DNA of 64,000 bases from Ylistrum balloti (Eukaryota): NCBI RefSeq assembly GCF_031769215.1, contig NW_026782452.1, positions 496,001 to 560,000 of the forward strand, read 5' to 3'. The translations under genes were made by a program, and so were the position numbers. Positions within the stretch are counted from its first letter, which is position 1; each line of letters starts with the position of its first letter. Of the stretch, positions 61,801-64,000 are shown in pieces. The notes under the pieces were generated by a model, which was not told the DNA's origin, did no database searches, and saw only the letters and a list, made by a program, of their open reading frames with translations.

Positions 61801-63592
61801 GAGCTTGAGAGTGCAATCAAAGATACTGTTGAAAAATGCTTCTGTAAAACATTTGTGACAGCTATCGTAGAGGAAATGAAACTTCTTCTAGAAGAGGTAT
61901 TTATGATTATGATTCAACACATTACATTTATTGTATATTGTAGTTATATGTCTTCATCATTATATTGGGGGCAGTATATGACATACCCCTATTCATATCT
62001 CTCCTGTCACGTCACGTTCTATCCCATTCTGTTCTGTTCCATCATATCTTGAGAACTTCTCAACAGATTTAGTTCAGATTTACTCCATAGCATTGTAACA
62101 TCATGTTCTATACCTTATAAAGATGATCATATTTCTTCATGGTGAAGGGGTCAAAGGTCACATTGGATATTTTCTGCAGATTTATCAAACAATGATACTT
62201 GCATACTTCAGAGTGAGGGCATTTCATCCATACAGACATTTTCTGTTTTATCATTTCTAACCTGTGAATTTGTGACTGATTTTATTGTGTATATTGTATG
62301 ATGACTAACAGTGTTTACCTAGGACAAGATTTCAACTAAACCTGTCAAACAAACAAACAAATTTATGGCATTCCAGGGCTCTCACACCCCATTTTGGGAC
62401 TGGGGCCCTTAGAATCGGGGAAAAATAATGGTGTTTTCCTTAGAATTGGGAAAACTTCATGTCTAGATTGGGGAAAAAGAATATCAACCCCAAATCTGGC
62501 AGATGGAGAGCCCTACATTATGGATTGTCTGTTGTCCATCAGCCTTTTCCTTTGAAATCTTTAGCTTTCTGAAATATGCAACATTTTGATCCCACTGGTT
62601 GTATGATACTATTCTGTAAGCCACCTCCTACCATCAAGAGACCTAGAGTCAAGATATTGGCTAGAAGCATTCCAATTCTTATCAAGAAGCAAATGGCACA
62701 ACAATTCTAATGATTGAAACCTAGCATAATGAGATGAATGACTGTAAAATTTTGAACCATTTTCTTTGATGTTCTCAATAGGAAGGTATATAAAGGTCTT
62801 AATAACTGATGAAGAATTTCTTCTGACTATCCAGAAGGCCAAGGGCCATTTTATCAGGATATTAGCATAAAGTTGGATGAATGACCGTCCAATTTTTTTT
62901 TTGAATGAATGATCATGACTCATTCAAATCAATATTTTTGAGCAATTTTTTCTAGTAATCGAGAGACCAAGATTCCTGATGTTTGGCCATTTGATAGCAT
63001 GCTGAAGTGAAGGACTTTCAAATTCAATGTTCAAATCAATTACTTAGTTTAGTTGTTATCGTCTCAGAAATCAGACCTGTCAAAATCTTTGATTTCATCT
63101 GAACAAGAAATTGACTATCAGATTATTTGACTGTGTTACTGGAATAAAATCACTTGGGTTTGTAATACACACAAATAACCCTAGTCATTTTAAACTCACA
63201 TGAACAGCATTCTGTTTTGTTAAAGATCCTATTTTATTGAATTTCTAATTCTCATTATGAATTTTGTTAATATAGATCTGTAACAGTCGAGCAAAACATG
63301 TTGCTAGAATATTTAATGTACACATGTAGATGATTTTCTTTACGGCATTATGAATTAAACTGCTCAATACAGTGCCATGTTAGTTGTGATTTTTAACTTA
63401 CATTTCATTCCGACTTATCTGTTGGGAGATTTCTTCATCTTTATTTATCATTTTACAGTCTGGACCATACAGCCTAACGGACGACGGAGTCGCGGCAATC
63501 AACAAATGTCTTTTCATGATTCGTAATCTTCTATACATCAAGGAGTCCAGTCCTGACCAGTCCACCATAATGCAGCACGTTGAGCGAGTGAA
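55810..63592 (+). CDS. tim: Timeless, Drosophila/TIM1-type circadian clock protein; first 5 coding exons, gene continues beyond the window
   Basis: Exons 55810-55909, 60054-60145, 60577-60638, 61725-61896, 63459-63592, all GT-AG with matching phases. Spliced protein: MEWHIMNVDGINSLSSNLGMVEDGVYIPSSNSQAILEENLEFLMRDNMDKTYRRLLFNNKFPEKELVPLIKYIRDDHTNLQEALRLMILLTNPVEYDY...TAIVEEMKLLLEESGPYSLTDDGVAAINKCLFMIRNLLYIKE. This is colinear with recalled Drosophila TIM (MDW...SSLGCLEGDTYV...AILEE...RTFRR...DLIPLL...IRILVNLTVPVE...VVEYMKHILE...INNCLLLLRNILHIPE). Confidence 0.88.
56765..58997. repeat. Modular 90/73/68-bp satellite in timeless intron 2
   Basis: Core ATGAATTTGTCTCTATGTTTGGTGTTTGTTAAACATGAGTCACTCACAGCCACTGC with variable tails. 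About 27 monomers. It yields the 30-aa periodic ORFs. Confidence 0.97.
60707..60882. mobile_element. 176-bp MITE, copy 2
   Basis: TIRs CAGGGTTTTCCATAA ... TTATGGAAAACCCTG. Same length and orientation as copy 1, with a handful of substitutions. Confidence 0.85.
62374..62515. mobile_element. About 140-bp MITE-like element with CAGGGCTCTC termini
   Basis: Left end CAGGGCTCTC. The right end GAGAGCCCTA is a 9/10 inverted match. Confidence 0.5.
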
Positions 63593-63708
63593 GTACGTAA
63601 AATTTGTCTGATGTCCTTTATATAACAAGTAACAAAATATTCAGGGTTATAAGAAATAAAGTAGAAATTATGAAAACTTATATACTAATGTACCTGAATT
63701 CACCAGAG

Positions 63709-64000
63709 CGACTTTAGGATAGGTGTGACTTTAGGATAGGTGTGAATTAAGGATAGGTGTGACTTTAGGATAGGTGTGACTTCAGGATAGGTGTGACTTT
63801 AGAGTAAGTGCAAACTTAGAATAGGTGTGACTTCATGATAAGTGTGACTTTAGGATAGGTGTGACTTTAGAATAGGTGTGACTTCATGATAAGTGTGACT
63901 TTAGGATAGGTGTGACTTCGGGATAGGTGTGACTTCATGATAAGTGTGACTTTAGGATAGGTGTGACTTCATGATAAGTGTGACTTTAGGATAAGTGTGA
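63709..64000. repeat. 17-bp minisatellite (GTGACTTTAGGATAGGT)n running off the window
   Basis: About 17 tandem copies visible, in the timeless intron after exon 63459-63592. Confidence 0.95.

Overview
AT-rich, intron-rich animal DNA, most likely from a bivalve mollusc (inferred from the repeat families and gene content), with two N gaps (7148-7342, 8399-8534). Most ORF-track entries are artefacts of microsatellites and minisatellites, so the real genes were rebuilt by hand from splice sites. In order: (1) an orphan class A GPCR with its 7TM region in one exon (+, about 1457-2482); (2) a complete 12-coding-exon calpain-5 (+, 13527-27465, 642 aa) with one GC-AG intron; (3) RPL35A (-, 36831-33837, 123 aa); (4) IQCG/DRC9 (+, 41057-46184, 386 aa), head-to-head with RPL35A across a promoter of about 100 bp containing a TOP/TCT start, ETS sites and an RFX X-box, the same gene pairing seen at human 3q29; (5) a decayed HERO-type non-LTR retroelement; (6) the 5' part of a Drosophila-type timeless clock gene (+, coding exons 55810-63592, continuing past the window). 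None of the timeless coding exons appears as a recognisable ORF in the track. Its promoter region carries five canonical E-boxes plus CRE and D-box motifs. Its introns hold a D38E IS630/Tc1-like transposon derivative, twin MITEs and a satellite with about 25 AP-1 sites. A recurring oddity is intronic tandem arrays built from the exon/intron junction itself, including 17 decoy copies of a real IQCG splice donor. No database searches were run; identifications rest on recalled family motifs and on splice-phase consistency.
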